A DNA stretch of 64,000 nt, from assembly GCA_045594705.1 (NCBI GenBank), contig JAZNZB010000033.1:317-64316 (forward strand). The letters run 5' to 3'. This stretch comes from Eubacteriales bacterium (GTDB lineage Bacteria; Bacillota; Clostridia; Oscillospirales; CAG-272). The notes beneath the pieces were generated by a model, which was given only the letters and a program-made list of their open reading frames with translations, was not told the origin of the DNA and ran no database searches. Positions within the stretch are counted from its first letter, which is position 1; every line of letters starts with the position of its first letter. A program made the position numbers and the translations under genes. Shown here piece after piece: positions 49,862 through 57,938 of this stretch.

Positions 49862-50734
49862 TTAGTCTTTCATACCGGACGAACCCATGGTTTCAATGAT
49901 GTTGGACTGAGATACGACGAATACCGTGATCGGAACCATCATCATAATAACCGTGGATGCCGCAGCCGCACCTGCACGGGCGATACCGCCTGCAGTGATC
50001 TGGCCGATTGCGTAGTTAAAGGATTTGAGCTGCTCGGAGTGAATGTACATCGAAGCACCTGCGTTCCAGAGTCCCTGGAACGAATAGATGATCAGCGTCA
50101 GCCATGCAGGCTTAACCATAGGCATTGCGATGACCCAGTAGGTCTTGAGCTCGCTTGCACCGTCAAGTCTTGCAGACTCAAGCACCGAGTCGTTGACGTT
50201 GGTATCCATGAACTGCTTCATCAGGTACAGACCCAGAGAGGAGCACCATGCGGGCACGATGATTGCCCAATATGTATCCAGGAAGCCCAGAGCGGACATC
50301 AGGATAAACGAAGCGGTTGCGGTAACCGTTGCGTTGAACATCAGCGAGAGCTGTACGGCCTGGAACATCCAGCCTGCACCGGGGAACTTGATCTTTGCAA
50401 GCGCATATGCTGCAAGAGAGGCCAGGAACAGGTGTCCGAACGTACCCGCTACGGAAGTAAACACAGTGTTGAAAATGTAACGGGAGAACGGAACCCAGGA
50501 GGTGTTCATCAGGTTGAACAGATCGATGAAGTTATCAAGTGTGGGGGACATTACGTAAAATCTGGGGGGATACATCCAAAGCTCATCCAAGGGCTTTACC
50601 GACTGCATCAGCACGTAAAGCATGGGAAGGAACATGAATGCACCGAGAATCACGAGTACGAACGTGATACCTGCGTCGCCTCCCGCAGAACGGGCAAGTA
50701 CGACTTTATGTTTTCTTGTTCTAAGTCTTGCCAT
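49862..50734 (-). CDS. carbohydrate ABC transporter permease (MalG-like, pair 1)
   Basis: 290-aa ORF with 6 TM helices and an EAA-loop VLESARLDGASELKTYWVIAMPM. Confidence 0.9.
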   Translation of the reverse strand: MARLRTRKHKVVLARSAGGDAGITFVLVILGAFMFLPMLYVLMQSVKPLDELWMYPPRFYVMSPTLDNFIDLFNLMNTSWVPFSRYIFNTVFTSVAGTFGHLFLASLAAYALAKIKFPGAGWMFQAVQLSLMFNATVTATASFILMSALGFLDTYWAIIVPAWCSSLGLYLMKQFMDTNVNDSVLESARLDGASELKTYWVIAMPMVKPAWLTLIIYSFQGLWNAGASMYIHSEQLKSFNYAIGQITAGGIARAGAAAASTVIMMMVPITVFVVSQSNIIETMGSSGMKD

Positions 50735-50735
50735 A

Positions 50736-51683
50736 TTACGTACCTACCTTCGAAAGCATTCTCTTTACAAGTGAGTTTGCACCAACCATGATGACGAACA
50801 GGATGACTGCGATCGCAGAGGAATAACCCATCTCAAATCTCATACCGCCGTAGTCGTTCAAATGGTGCATGATGGTGTGTGCTGCGTAGTTAACAGAGGG
50901 GAATCCGCACAGTGCGTCAACGACGCCACCGAAGCCGAATGCACCGGTGATTGCCATGACCGCACCGAACATCAGCTGCGGCTTCATGTTCGGCAGCGTG
51001 ATGTAGTACAGCTCCTGCCAACGGTTCTTGATACCGTCAACCGCGCCTGCCTCAAACTGAGCTCTGTCGATACCCTGAAGACCTGCGATAAATGCAAGGA
51101 ACGAGGTACCGAGCGAGATCCAGAGTGCAACAACGATACACAAAGGCATTACCCAGTCTTCATTCTGGAAGAACGCGATTTCCTTGGTGATAATACCCAA
51201 CTTCTTGAGCGTTGCGTTTGCCCAACCGTAGGAGTCGGCCGAGAAAAGCGTACCCCAAATCAGGTAAACGTTACCACCGATGGAGGGTGCATAGAATACC
51301 AGAGTTACAAGTGCTCTGATTCTGGGAGGCAGCTCGTTGATGAACCAAGCTACCAGGAAGGACATCAGGTAGGAAACAGGTCCTACGATGATTGCGAAGA
51401 TCAACGTGTTCTTGCAGGCAATGAGGAAGATATCGTCATCGAAGAACAACGAAATGTAGTTGTCAAGGAATACGAAGTTCGGCCATTCCAGCAAGTTAAA
51501 GTCTGTAAAGCTGACGACGATGGAAAGTACAACAGGCATTACAGTGAACATTGCAAAGAGGATCATATAAGGTGCGACCATGAAGTACGCGACCTTATTA
51601 CGTACCATCTCTTTCAAGATCCACTGAGTCTTTGTAAGGTCTTTGCGAGTGCCAGCTTTTTTGGTTGCTGTTTTCTTAGACAT
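50736..51683 (-). CDS. sugar ABC transporter permease (MalF-like, pair 1)
   Basis: 315-aa ORF with an EAA-loop QFEAGAVDGIKNRWQELYYITLPN and a GGAG RBS. Confidence 0.9.
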   Translation of the reverse strand: MSKKTATKKAGTRKDLTKTQWILKEMVRNKVAYFMVAPYMILFAMFTVMPVVLSIVVSFTDFNLLEWPNFVFLDNYISLFFDDDIFLIACKNTLIFAIIVGPVSYLMSFLVAWFINELPPRIRALVTLVFYAPSIGGNVYLIWGTLFSADSYGWANATLKKLGIITKEIAFFQNEDWVMPLCIVVALWISLGTSFLAFIAGLQGIDRAQFEAGAVDGIKNRWQELYYITLPNMKPQLMFGAVMAITGAFGFGGVVDALCGFPSVNYAAHTIMHHLNDYGGMRFEMGYSSAIAVILFVIMVGANSLVKRMLSKVGT

Positions 51684-51725
51684 TTACTCTAATCTCCTTT
51701 TCTGATCTTTTTTGATGGTACTTAT

Positions 51726-54700
51726 TTATTGATAGGATTCCATAGCGGCGGAAGCGTCGCCAAGGAAATCAGCCAGGCAGTATGCAACGAGCTCGGGAGT
51801 CTCTGCGTACTGGTATACCTGGTAAGAGTAGCAAGGATTGGTGGGATTGGTCTTGATCTCCTCGAACTGCTCAAGAATTGCAGCCTCGGTGCTGATCTCG
51901 TACGCCACCTTCAGGAATGCAGCGGAAGCATTTGCAAGGTCTGCGATGTTTTCACGCTTGATCGCATCTCTTGCGGAAGCGATTTCATCTGCGTACTTGC
52001 CGGTGGTGTCCAGCTGTTCGAACTGTTCAAGCAGCTGCTCGCTCTGCTCCAGACGCTTGGAGGCCAGAGTCTCGTCTACCTCAAGAGTTTCCAGACCGAA
52101 TTCCTTACGCTTTCTGGTGATCTCTTTATTAATGGTAGTAATGTAACTCATCAGAGACTCGGAGGGGTTCGCGTTGTCGTTATAAGCAGACAGGAATGCG
52201 AACTGGGTGTAACGGCCGAGAATGTAAGAGCCGGGATAGTTGGGAACCGATGCAAGGTCCTCAAACTGTGCCTGGATCTGCTTGAGCTCAGCGGTGGTCC
52301 AGGGCAGCTCCTCAAGAGCTTCTCTGTTCGCAGTATTGTACTTTGCTGCGGGACCGATGATCGCTACCATCTCGTTGGAGTATTCCTGCTGGCAATCCGC
52401 GCCGGTGAACCATCTGATAAAGTTCCAAGCACCGATCTCATCGCTGCAGCCCTTGACGATAACGCTGGCAGCAACAGAAGATACGGTCTGTCTGTTGATG
52501 TAGGTGGTACCGTCCTCATTGGTGCGGATCGTACCGGGCATCGGATAGAACTTCCAAAGTCCCTCGATTTCGGTTGCGAATACCTTGAGCTGGTTGTACA
52601 TACCGACGTAATCCGCAATCAGAATGGGCATTTCACCGGTTCTGAAACGGTTAGCTGCGTCGTACTGATAGGGGAAGTTATACTGTGTAAACATGTTACA
52701 CATCTTCTCAAAGGAGGTCAGACCCTTCTTGGAGTCCAGGTTGATTCTCATACCGCCGTCGGCATACAGGTCACCGCCTGCCTGATACAGGTAAACGCTG
52801 TAGTCGGTGGAAAGACCGATCATCATGTTGTTTGCCTGCAGGTCGGGAATTGCCGCCAGGATATCATCCCAGGTCTCGGGAACAGGAATGTTCAGCTCAG
52901 CCAGGATGTCCTCACGAACGAACATCATGGCAAAGCCCTGTGCCTCGGGAAGTGCGTAATAGTGCATATCACCGTCGGGGTTCTCTACGCCAAGCACCAG
53001 CATTGCCGCATCGTTGAAGTGGCTGATGGTGTCTTCCCACTCGGTGTTTGTGCTCAGGTAACCGTCCTTGACCTTCTGCTCACCGACTCTGTCTGCAATC
53101 TCGTCAACGGGAAGCAGCGCAGAACGGATCGCGTAGTTGATGACGTCGCCCTGGCCAAGGCCGAGGTAAACGTCAGGACCTTCACCTGCAAGGATGGAAG
53201 GAAGCAGCGTACCTGCTGCGACCAGCTTAAGGTCTACTGCAGCACCGCCGATGTATTCGCCCTTGGAATTGGTGGTTTCGTTGGGAGAGAAGTCGTTGTT
53301 GATCAGGTTTCTGATAACCTGAGACTGGTCACGGCCGGTAGCCAGCCAAACCTCAACGGCATCCTCGTCCGTCACGACGGACATGGAGCCCATGCTGTTA
53401 TAGTCACGGAAGAAGGACATGACAAAGCTCTTGATCTCGTGCCATGCAGCCTGGAAGATGTTTGCGTTTGCCTTTACCTTATAGTTATAATCGGAAGAAT
53501 CTGCGCCGAACTGCTCGCTGCCGCGGATGACCATGTAGTCAACCTCAAGAGGCTGCGTCTTTGCGCTGGACAGGAACGTACCCAGCGTACCGATGTAAGC
53601 CTTGAGCTGCTCCAGGTTCTTTGCGATCTCATCCTCGTCGGTACCCATATCGTGCAGCAGCTGTGCTACCTTCTGCAGAGTACCTACGTTGGAGGACTTC
53701 TGTCCTGCCATGTTGGTCAGTCTTTCCGCAATGGATACACCGTACTTCTCGGGGTTGTCGTTGTCAAGTCTGCGGGACTGAACGACCATGTCAACCAGAA
53801 CGTCAGGCATGACGCGGGAGAAGCTGTAATCGCTATATTCGTCGGGGGTGGTACCGGTCAGCTTGATGATCTCAAGATAGTCATCGTTGATGATGTCCAG
53901 GATCTCTTCAACCTCACGGACGATATCGCCCATGGTACCGAGCGTAACCTCAAGACGCAACGTATAGGTGGTATTGCCTGCCAGATAGATTGCGTATTCC
54001 TTGATCTCGCCATTCTCATCGAGTCGGTCGGAAGCAAGGCCGGTGGTCTGCCAGTTCGTATCGTAATTGTACTGAAGTCTTTCAGCCTCAGCAAAGGGTG
54101 CACCGTTATAGTAGCCGGCGTCGCCTGCTTCAAGGCCCTGGCTGTACAGCTGCAGCGAACGGCAAACAAACATACCGTCCAGTACGTTCTGTCTGAAGCG
54201 GGTCACGATATCGTACATACCTGCACCGTCCGCAGAGGTGGTGAAGGTGAATTCGATCCACTGACCTGCAGTCTGCCACTTTGCGCCGCCAACGGTGTTG
54301 AGCATCACGCGGGTGGTGTCTGCGGGAGAGGTCACTGCACTGGTTCTGTCCTCGATCGCGTAGATGGTCTTGGAGGACATGTTATTCATGTGCTCAGCCT
54401 CAAGCTTGATTTCATCCGAGCCTGCGCCCAGAGTACCCAGCTGGCTCTTCAGCGCTGCCAGATAATCCTCGTAGGTCACAACCTCGGTTGCGGGGTACAG
54501 CGTGATCGACTTGATGACCATAGGCTCGTTCTGGCCCTGAATGGTCAGCTTGTTCTCGCCTGCCTCGAGGTAGAACTCGTACTCACCGGCATAATAACCG
54601 GAGGAGTCACGCAGGCTGTAGGTGATCCACTCGGGAGACTGGATCGCGGTGGGACGCAGTTCGTTCTCTTCAACGTCTTCCTTGAAGAAGCGAATGCCCT

Positions 54701-55484
54701 TCTCGTCCACGAACGCCGTGTTAGCCTCGGTCCAGATCTCGGGGAACTCAACGGTTGCATAAACGTTCAGCTCGGTATAGATCTTGCCGAAGAGATTCTT
54801 CTTGGTCTCTTCCTTAGCGGTCCAGCCTGCCTTCAGTCCTGCAGCCTCTGCCTCTGCCTTGAATGCATCCAATGCACTGCGGACGTCCGAAGGCAGATCG
54901 CTCTCGGTCAGTTCGCTTGCCTTCTTGGAAGCATCCTTGAGTGTCTCGATCAGATACAGGCCGGGCAGATACTCGCTGGTCCAGGTCTTGGACAGCGTCA
55001 GGTAACGTGCTTCGCCGAAAGGTACCTTGTCATTGATTTTGAACACACGCTCGATGGACGCAGCCTTACCGATCACGGGATAGTACTCGATCTTGATCGC
55101 GTACTTTGCGCTCTCGGGCACGTTCACGGTCCAGGAGACCTCACTTTCGGACGAGGTAAACAGGCCTTCGGCTACGCCGTCCTTTTCCTTGTCCGCAAGT
55201 CTTACGTCCTCTTCGCCGTCAACGGTGATGTAGCCGTTGGTCGCATCAATCGTAATGGTCTGCGTTGCCTTGGGATAGGCAGCGCCCGAATACTTTGCAC
55301 TGTATTCGCCATACGAAATTGCGTTAAGAAGCTCTTTGATTTCAGCCAGAGTATCATTCGTTTCCTCAGATCCGACCGTGTCCTGATTCTCTTCCGCAGC
55401 AAAGGTTGCTACGGTTCCGCCACCAACCAGGAAGGTCAAAGCCAAAATCAAAGCCATAAGCTTAGTAAATTTCGCTTTTCCCAT
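51726..55484 (-). CDS. giant (1252-aa) extracellular solute-binding protein: two CBM6/35-like modules + family-1 SBP domain + helical tail, with no lipobox
   Basis: ORF 51726-55502. The ATG at 55484 (GGAGG RBS) is preferred. The signal peptide ends ...VATFA/AEEN without a Cys. SBP-like blocks are VEVWLATG and LPSILAGEGPDVYLGLG. Confidence 0.75.
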   Translation of the reverse strand: MGKAKFTKLMALILALTFLVGGGTVATFAAEENQDTVGSEETNDTLAEIKELLNAISYGEYSAKYSGAAYPKATQTITIDATNGYITVDGEEDVRLADKEKDGVAEGLFTSSESEVSWTVNVPESAKYAIKIEYYPVIGKAASIERVFKINDKVPFGEARYLTLSKTWTSEYLPGLYLIETLKDASKKASELTESDLPSDVRSALDAFKAEAEAAGLKAGWTAKEETKKNLFGKIYTELNVYATVEFPEIWTEANTAFVDEKGIRFFKEDVEENELRPTAIQSPEWITYSLRDSSGYYAGEYEFYLEAGENKLTIQGQNEPMVIKSITLYPATEVVTYEDYLAALKSQLGTLGAGSDEIKLEAEHMNNMSSKTIYAIEDRTSAVTSPADTTRVMLNTVGGAKWQTAGQWIEFTFTTSADGAGMYDIVTRFRQNVLDGMFVCRSLQLYSQGLEAGDAGYYNGAPFAEAERLQYNYDTNWQTTGLASDRLDENGEIKEYAIYLAGNTTYTLRLEVTLGTMGDIVREVEEILDIINDDYLEIIKLTGTTPDEYSDYSFSRVMPDVLVDMVVQSRRLDNDNPEKYGVSIAERLTNMAGQKSSNVGTLQKVAQLLHDMGTDEDEIAKNLEQLKAYIGTLGTFLSSAKTQPLEVDYMVIRGSEQFGADSSDYNYKVKANANIFQAAWHEIKSFVMSFFRDYNSMGSMSVVTDEDAVEVWLATGRDQSQVIRNLINNDFSPNETTNSKGEYIGGAAVDLKLVAAGTLLPSILAGEGPDVYLGLGQGDVINYAIRSALLPVDEIADRVGEQKVKDGYLSTNTEWEDTISHFNDAAMLVLGVENPDGDMHYYALPEAQGFAMMFVREDILAELNIPVPETWDDILAAIPDLQANNMMIGLSTDYSVYLYQAGGDLYADGGMRINLDSKKGLTSFEKMCNMFTQYNFPYQYDAANRFRTGEMPILIADYVGMYNQLKVFATEIEGLWKFYPMPGTIRTNEDGTTYINRQTVSSVAASVIVKGCSDEIGAWNFIRWFTGADCQQEYSNEMVAIIGPAAKYNTANREALEELPWTTAELKQIQAQFEDLASVPNYPGSYILGRYTQFAFLSAYNDNANPSESLMSYITTINKEITRKRKEFGLETLEVDETLASKRLEQSEQLLEQFEQLDTTGKYADEIASARDAIKRENIADLANASAAFLKVAYEISTEAAILEQFEEIKTNPTNPCYSYQVYQYAETPELVAYCLADFLGDASAAMESYQ

Positions 55485-55933
55485 AAAATTTCCTCCTACC
55501 AAGATTTTCTGTGAGTTGCCGATATGAGAATTCGGCTCACATTAGGGATACGGTGCTTGCCAATAATACCATGCACTGCGGGCAGAATCCGCACTCGCGG
55601 GACTCCGCTTGCGCGGAAATTGCCTTGCTGCTCCAAGCGTCTGCGTGACGTGGCGTATCACGCGCGCGCATGGAAACCGACCAAGCATCCGTTTCGGAGT
55701 GACCAATTTACACTCCCGACTTATCCGCAGGGAGCGATACGCGCAGCTGCGTACCGTGGAACCCTTGCAAACAGCCCGTGGCATCAGCATTATTGCTATG
55801 CAATTGTCTTCGGCGGTCTGACCCGCCGTTTTAGATTTTCACGCCGACAATTCTTTCATCAAATATATCGGCGGTCAAAAATAAGGCCATTGCAAGCAAC
55901 CCGGAACGGTCCGCAAAATGCCCTAATATTGAT
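55485..55933 (-). promoter_or_regulatory. long 5' leader (about 450 nt) of the seven-gene operon with a GC-rich, highly structured core (55510-55852)
   Basis: It lies between the consensus promoter and the SBP RBS. Multiple stable hairpins are visible, for example GTGAGccgaattctcatatcggcaaCTCAC at 55511-55540, GGAGTGtaaattggtCACTCC, and AATTGTC[...CGGCGGgtcagaCCGCCG..]GACAATT at 55802-55852. No known riboswitch motif was recognised. Confidence 0.4.
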
Positions 55934-55939
55934 GGATTT

Positions 55940-55968
55940 ATTATATAACAAAGGCGAATTTCTGTCAA
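55940..55968 (-). promoter_or_regulatory. exact consensus promoter TTGACA-N17-TATAAT for the seven-gene operon
   Basis: The minus strand reads TTGACAgaaattcgcctttgttaTATAAT. Confidence 0.6.
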
Positions 55969-56447
55969 GCATCAAACACCGCACCGACACGCCACGCAAA
56001 CATAATTATTATATAAAAACGCGGTTCACGATTTGTTCACACATTCATATTTTCGCTTTTTTCAAACATTCTGTATTTTCTGCATAACCTTGCATTTCAG
56101 CAATTGTAATTTTTGTTTACTCAATTTTCACCAATATTCGCCTATCCTTGCGTATTTGGCGTCCTTTTTTGTGCAAATTTATATTGAATTTTTGTCGCAT
56201 GATTGCAATGCGTAATTTTTATTTACCCTTTTGCGAAACGTGATTATTCATTTTTTATGCAGTTTTTAATTTTTTATTTTGTAACTCTTGCACAATTTTC
56301 GTGCTTGATTTTTTACGTCTTGACATTTTGCACAAATTTGCCGCCTTCAGCCTCACCGCCACTCCTTTTACCCCCTTTTTCGCCCCTATTTCCCCTTATT
56401 ATTATCATCTGTGCCATTTTTTTCCATTTATTTTTCGTTGCGTGTTT

Positions 56448-56463
56448 TTTTGCAATTGCAAAA
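56448..56463. promoter_or_regulatory. perfect 16-bp palindrome TTTTGCAATTGCAAAA (operator-like)
   Basis: Read directly from the sequence. It lies about 60 nt upstream of the rlmI -35 element, inside the 1.08-kb divergent intergenic region. Confidence 0.35.
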
Positions 56464-56470
56464 GGAGGAA

Positions 56471-56519
56471 GCCGCCAACACTGCTTCTCTCTCAGCCGCC
56501 AACACCGCTTTTCTCTCTA
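56471..56519 (+). repeat. two tandem copies of a 24-25-nt unit
   Basis: GCCGCCAACACTGCTTCTCTCTCA is followed directly by GCCGCCAACACCGCTTTTCTCTCTA. Confidence 0.8.
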
Positions 56520-56524
56520 CCCTC

Positions 56525-56553
56525 TTGCACTTTCGCCGACGTTATGATATACT
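56525..56553 (+). promoter_or_regulatory. candidate promoter TTGCAC-N17-TATACT (TGn-extended) for rlmI
   Basis: The plus strand reads TTGCACtttcgccgacgttatgaTATACT, about 30 nt upstream of the ATG (GGAGG RBS). Confidence 0.5.
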
Positions 56554-56582
56554 GATTAACAGATATATTTCAGGAGGTCCAT

Positions 56583-57812
56583 ATGCTTTCCGAGCTTTCT
56601 AAAATCACGATCACCGAAAAGGGTGAAAAAATGCTGCGCGGCGGCCACGTTTGGGTATTTGCCGACGAGGTCATCTCCATCGATAAGCCTATAACCGACG
56701 GCGATATTGCATACGTATATTCGCAGAAGGGTCGTTATCTGGGTGCAGGCTTCTATAACAGTGCTTCCAAAATCCGCGTGCGTATCCTCTCGCGTAACGC
56801 CAACGACACCTTTGATCAAAAATTCTGGCAACGCCGCCTGGAATATGCCGTTTCCTATCGCAAAAGCGTCATGAAGGGTGACGACTTTAAATGCTGCCGA
56901 CTCATCTTCGGAGAAGCCGACTCCTTCCCCGGCCTGACCGTTGACAGATTTGACAATCTCCTTGTAGTACAAGCTCTTTCGCTTGGCATTGATCGCATCA
57001 AGCAGGTGTTGATCCCTGCTTTGGTGGATATTTTGCGCGGCATGGGCGAGGTCATTGACGGTGTTTACGAGCGCAACGACGTCACCATCCGCCAAAAAGA
57101 GGGGCTGGAAGAATATACCGGTTGGTTCCCCGGATTACAACCCGAAAATGATGACTCGGGACTGACCCAAATCGCGGAAAACGGCATCGTTTACGATGTA
57201 GACGTGATCAACGGTCAGAAAACCGGCTTTTTCTTGGACCAGAAGTATAACAGAGCCTCGATCCACGCCATTGCCAAGGGTAAGAAGGTGCTTGACTGCT
57301 TTACGCACACGGGCTCTTTTGCGCTCAATGCTGCGTCTGCGGGTGCCGCGCACGTTACCGCCGTGGATATTTCGGAAGAGGCTATCAGAATGACGCGCAA
57401 AAACGCGCAGAATAACGGTCTTGATGACAAAATGGACTTTATCTGCCGCGACGTTTTCGAGCTTCTGACCGACATGGCCGACAAGAAGATCCCCTGTGAT
57501 TACGATTTCATCATTCTCGACCCGCCTGCTTTTACCAAAAGCCGTGACACGCTCAAAAACGCCATTCGCGGCTACCGCGAGATCAATTCCAAGGCCATGA
57601 AGCTTTTGCCGCGCGGCGGATATCTGGCCACCTGCTCCTGTTCACACTTCATGACCGATACCTATTTCAAGCAAATGCTGCACAACGCTGCCGAGGATGC
57701 GGGTGTTTCTCTGCGCCAGATCGAGGCGCGCCAGCAATCCCCCGACCACCCCATTTTGTGGAACGTTCCCGAGACAGACTACCTCAAATTCTACATTTTC
57801 CAGATCGTATAG
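56583..57812 (+). CDS. rlmI: class I SAM-dependent 23S rRNA m5C methyltransferase (RlmI family, PUA domain)
   Basis: 409-aa ORF with a PUA-like N-terminus (GGHVWVFADEV), a SAM-binding VLDCFTHTGSF motif and the catalytic ILDPPAFTKS...TCSCS motifs. Confidence 0.8.
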   Translation: MLSELSKITITEKGEKMLRGGHVWVFADEVISIDKPITDGDIAYVYSQKGRYLGAGFYNSASKIRVRILSRNANDTFDQKFWQRRLEYAVSYRKSVMKGDDFKCCRLIFGEADSFPGLTVDRFDNLLVVQALSLGIDRIKQVLIPALVDILRGMGEVIDGVYERNDVTIRQKEGLEEYTGWFPGLQPENDDSGLTQIAENGIVYDVDVINGQKTGFFLDQKYNRASIHAIAKGKKVLDCFTHTGSFALNAASAGAAHVTAVDISEEAIRMTRKNAQNNGLDDKMDFICRDVFELLTDMADKKIPCDYDFIILDPPAFTKSRDTLKNAIRGYREINSKAMKLLPRGGYLATCSCSHFMTDTYFKQMLHNAAEDAGVSLRQIEARQQSPDHPILWNVPETDYLKFYIFQIV

Positions 57813-57885
57813 CGCATTACAGTTTGTTTTTCTACCAACGATTTATTTTTCACCGTCATAGGGGCGATTCACAAATCGCTCGGCA

Positions 57886-57925
57886 CAAAAAAAGGAGTTG
57901 CTCACATAAGCAACTCCTTTTTTAT
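57886..57925. terminator. bidirectional intrinsic terminator (rlmI / glcK)
   Basis: AAAAAAAGGAGTTGCtcacataaGCAACTCCTTTTTT. Confidence 0.85.
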
Positions 57926-57938
57926 TCACTCGATCAAA

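Noticed and set aside
43875-55514. Plus-strand ORFs of 471-1261 aa opposite the seven-gene operon (43875-45938, 46212-47627, 47649-49712, 51729-55514 and others)
   Set aside because: The sense-strand proteins have signal peptides, EAA loops, NHL repeats and proper RBSs. The antisense frames are low-complexity with no start context. They were considered as possible overlapping genes, but nothing supports that.
55510-55852. The GC-rich structured block as a known housekeeping RNA (RNase P, tmRNA, 6S, SRP) or as a decayed gene fragment
   Set aside because: No conserved cores are present on either strand (GGAAAGTCC…, a tmRNA tag ORF or 3' tRNA-like end, the SRP GGAA motif). Translations in all frames are not protein-like. 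It is kept only as an unclassified leader.
55524-56087. 187-aa plus-strand ORF in the long intergenic region
   Set aside because: It is Arg-rich and not protein-like, and it runs from the GC-rich leader into the AT-rich spacer. It has no RBS. The region is better explained as the 5' leader and promoter of the minus-strand operon.
56203-56555. Phe/Leu-rich ORFs of 84-114 aa
   Set aside because: They are translations of T-tract-rich non-coding DNA. Overlapping frames are equally open and none has an RBS.
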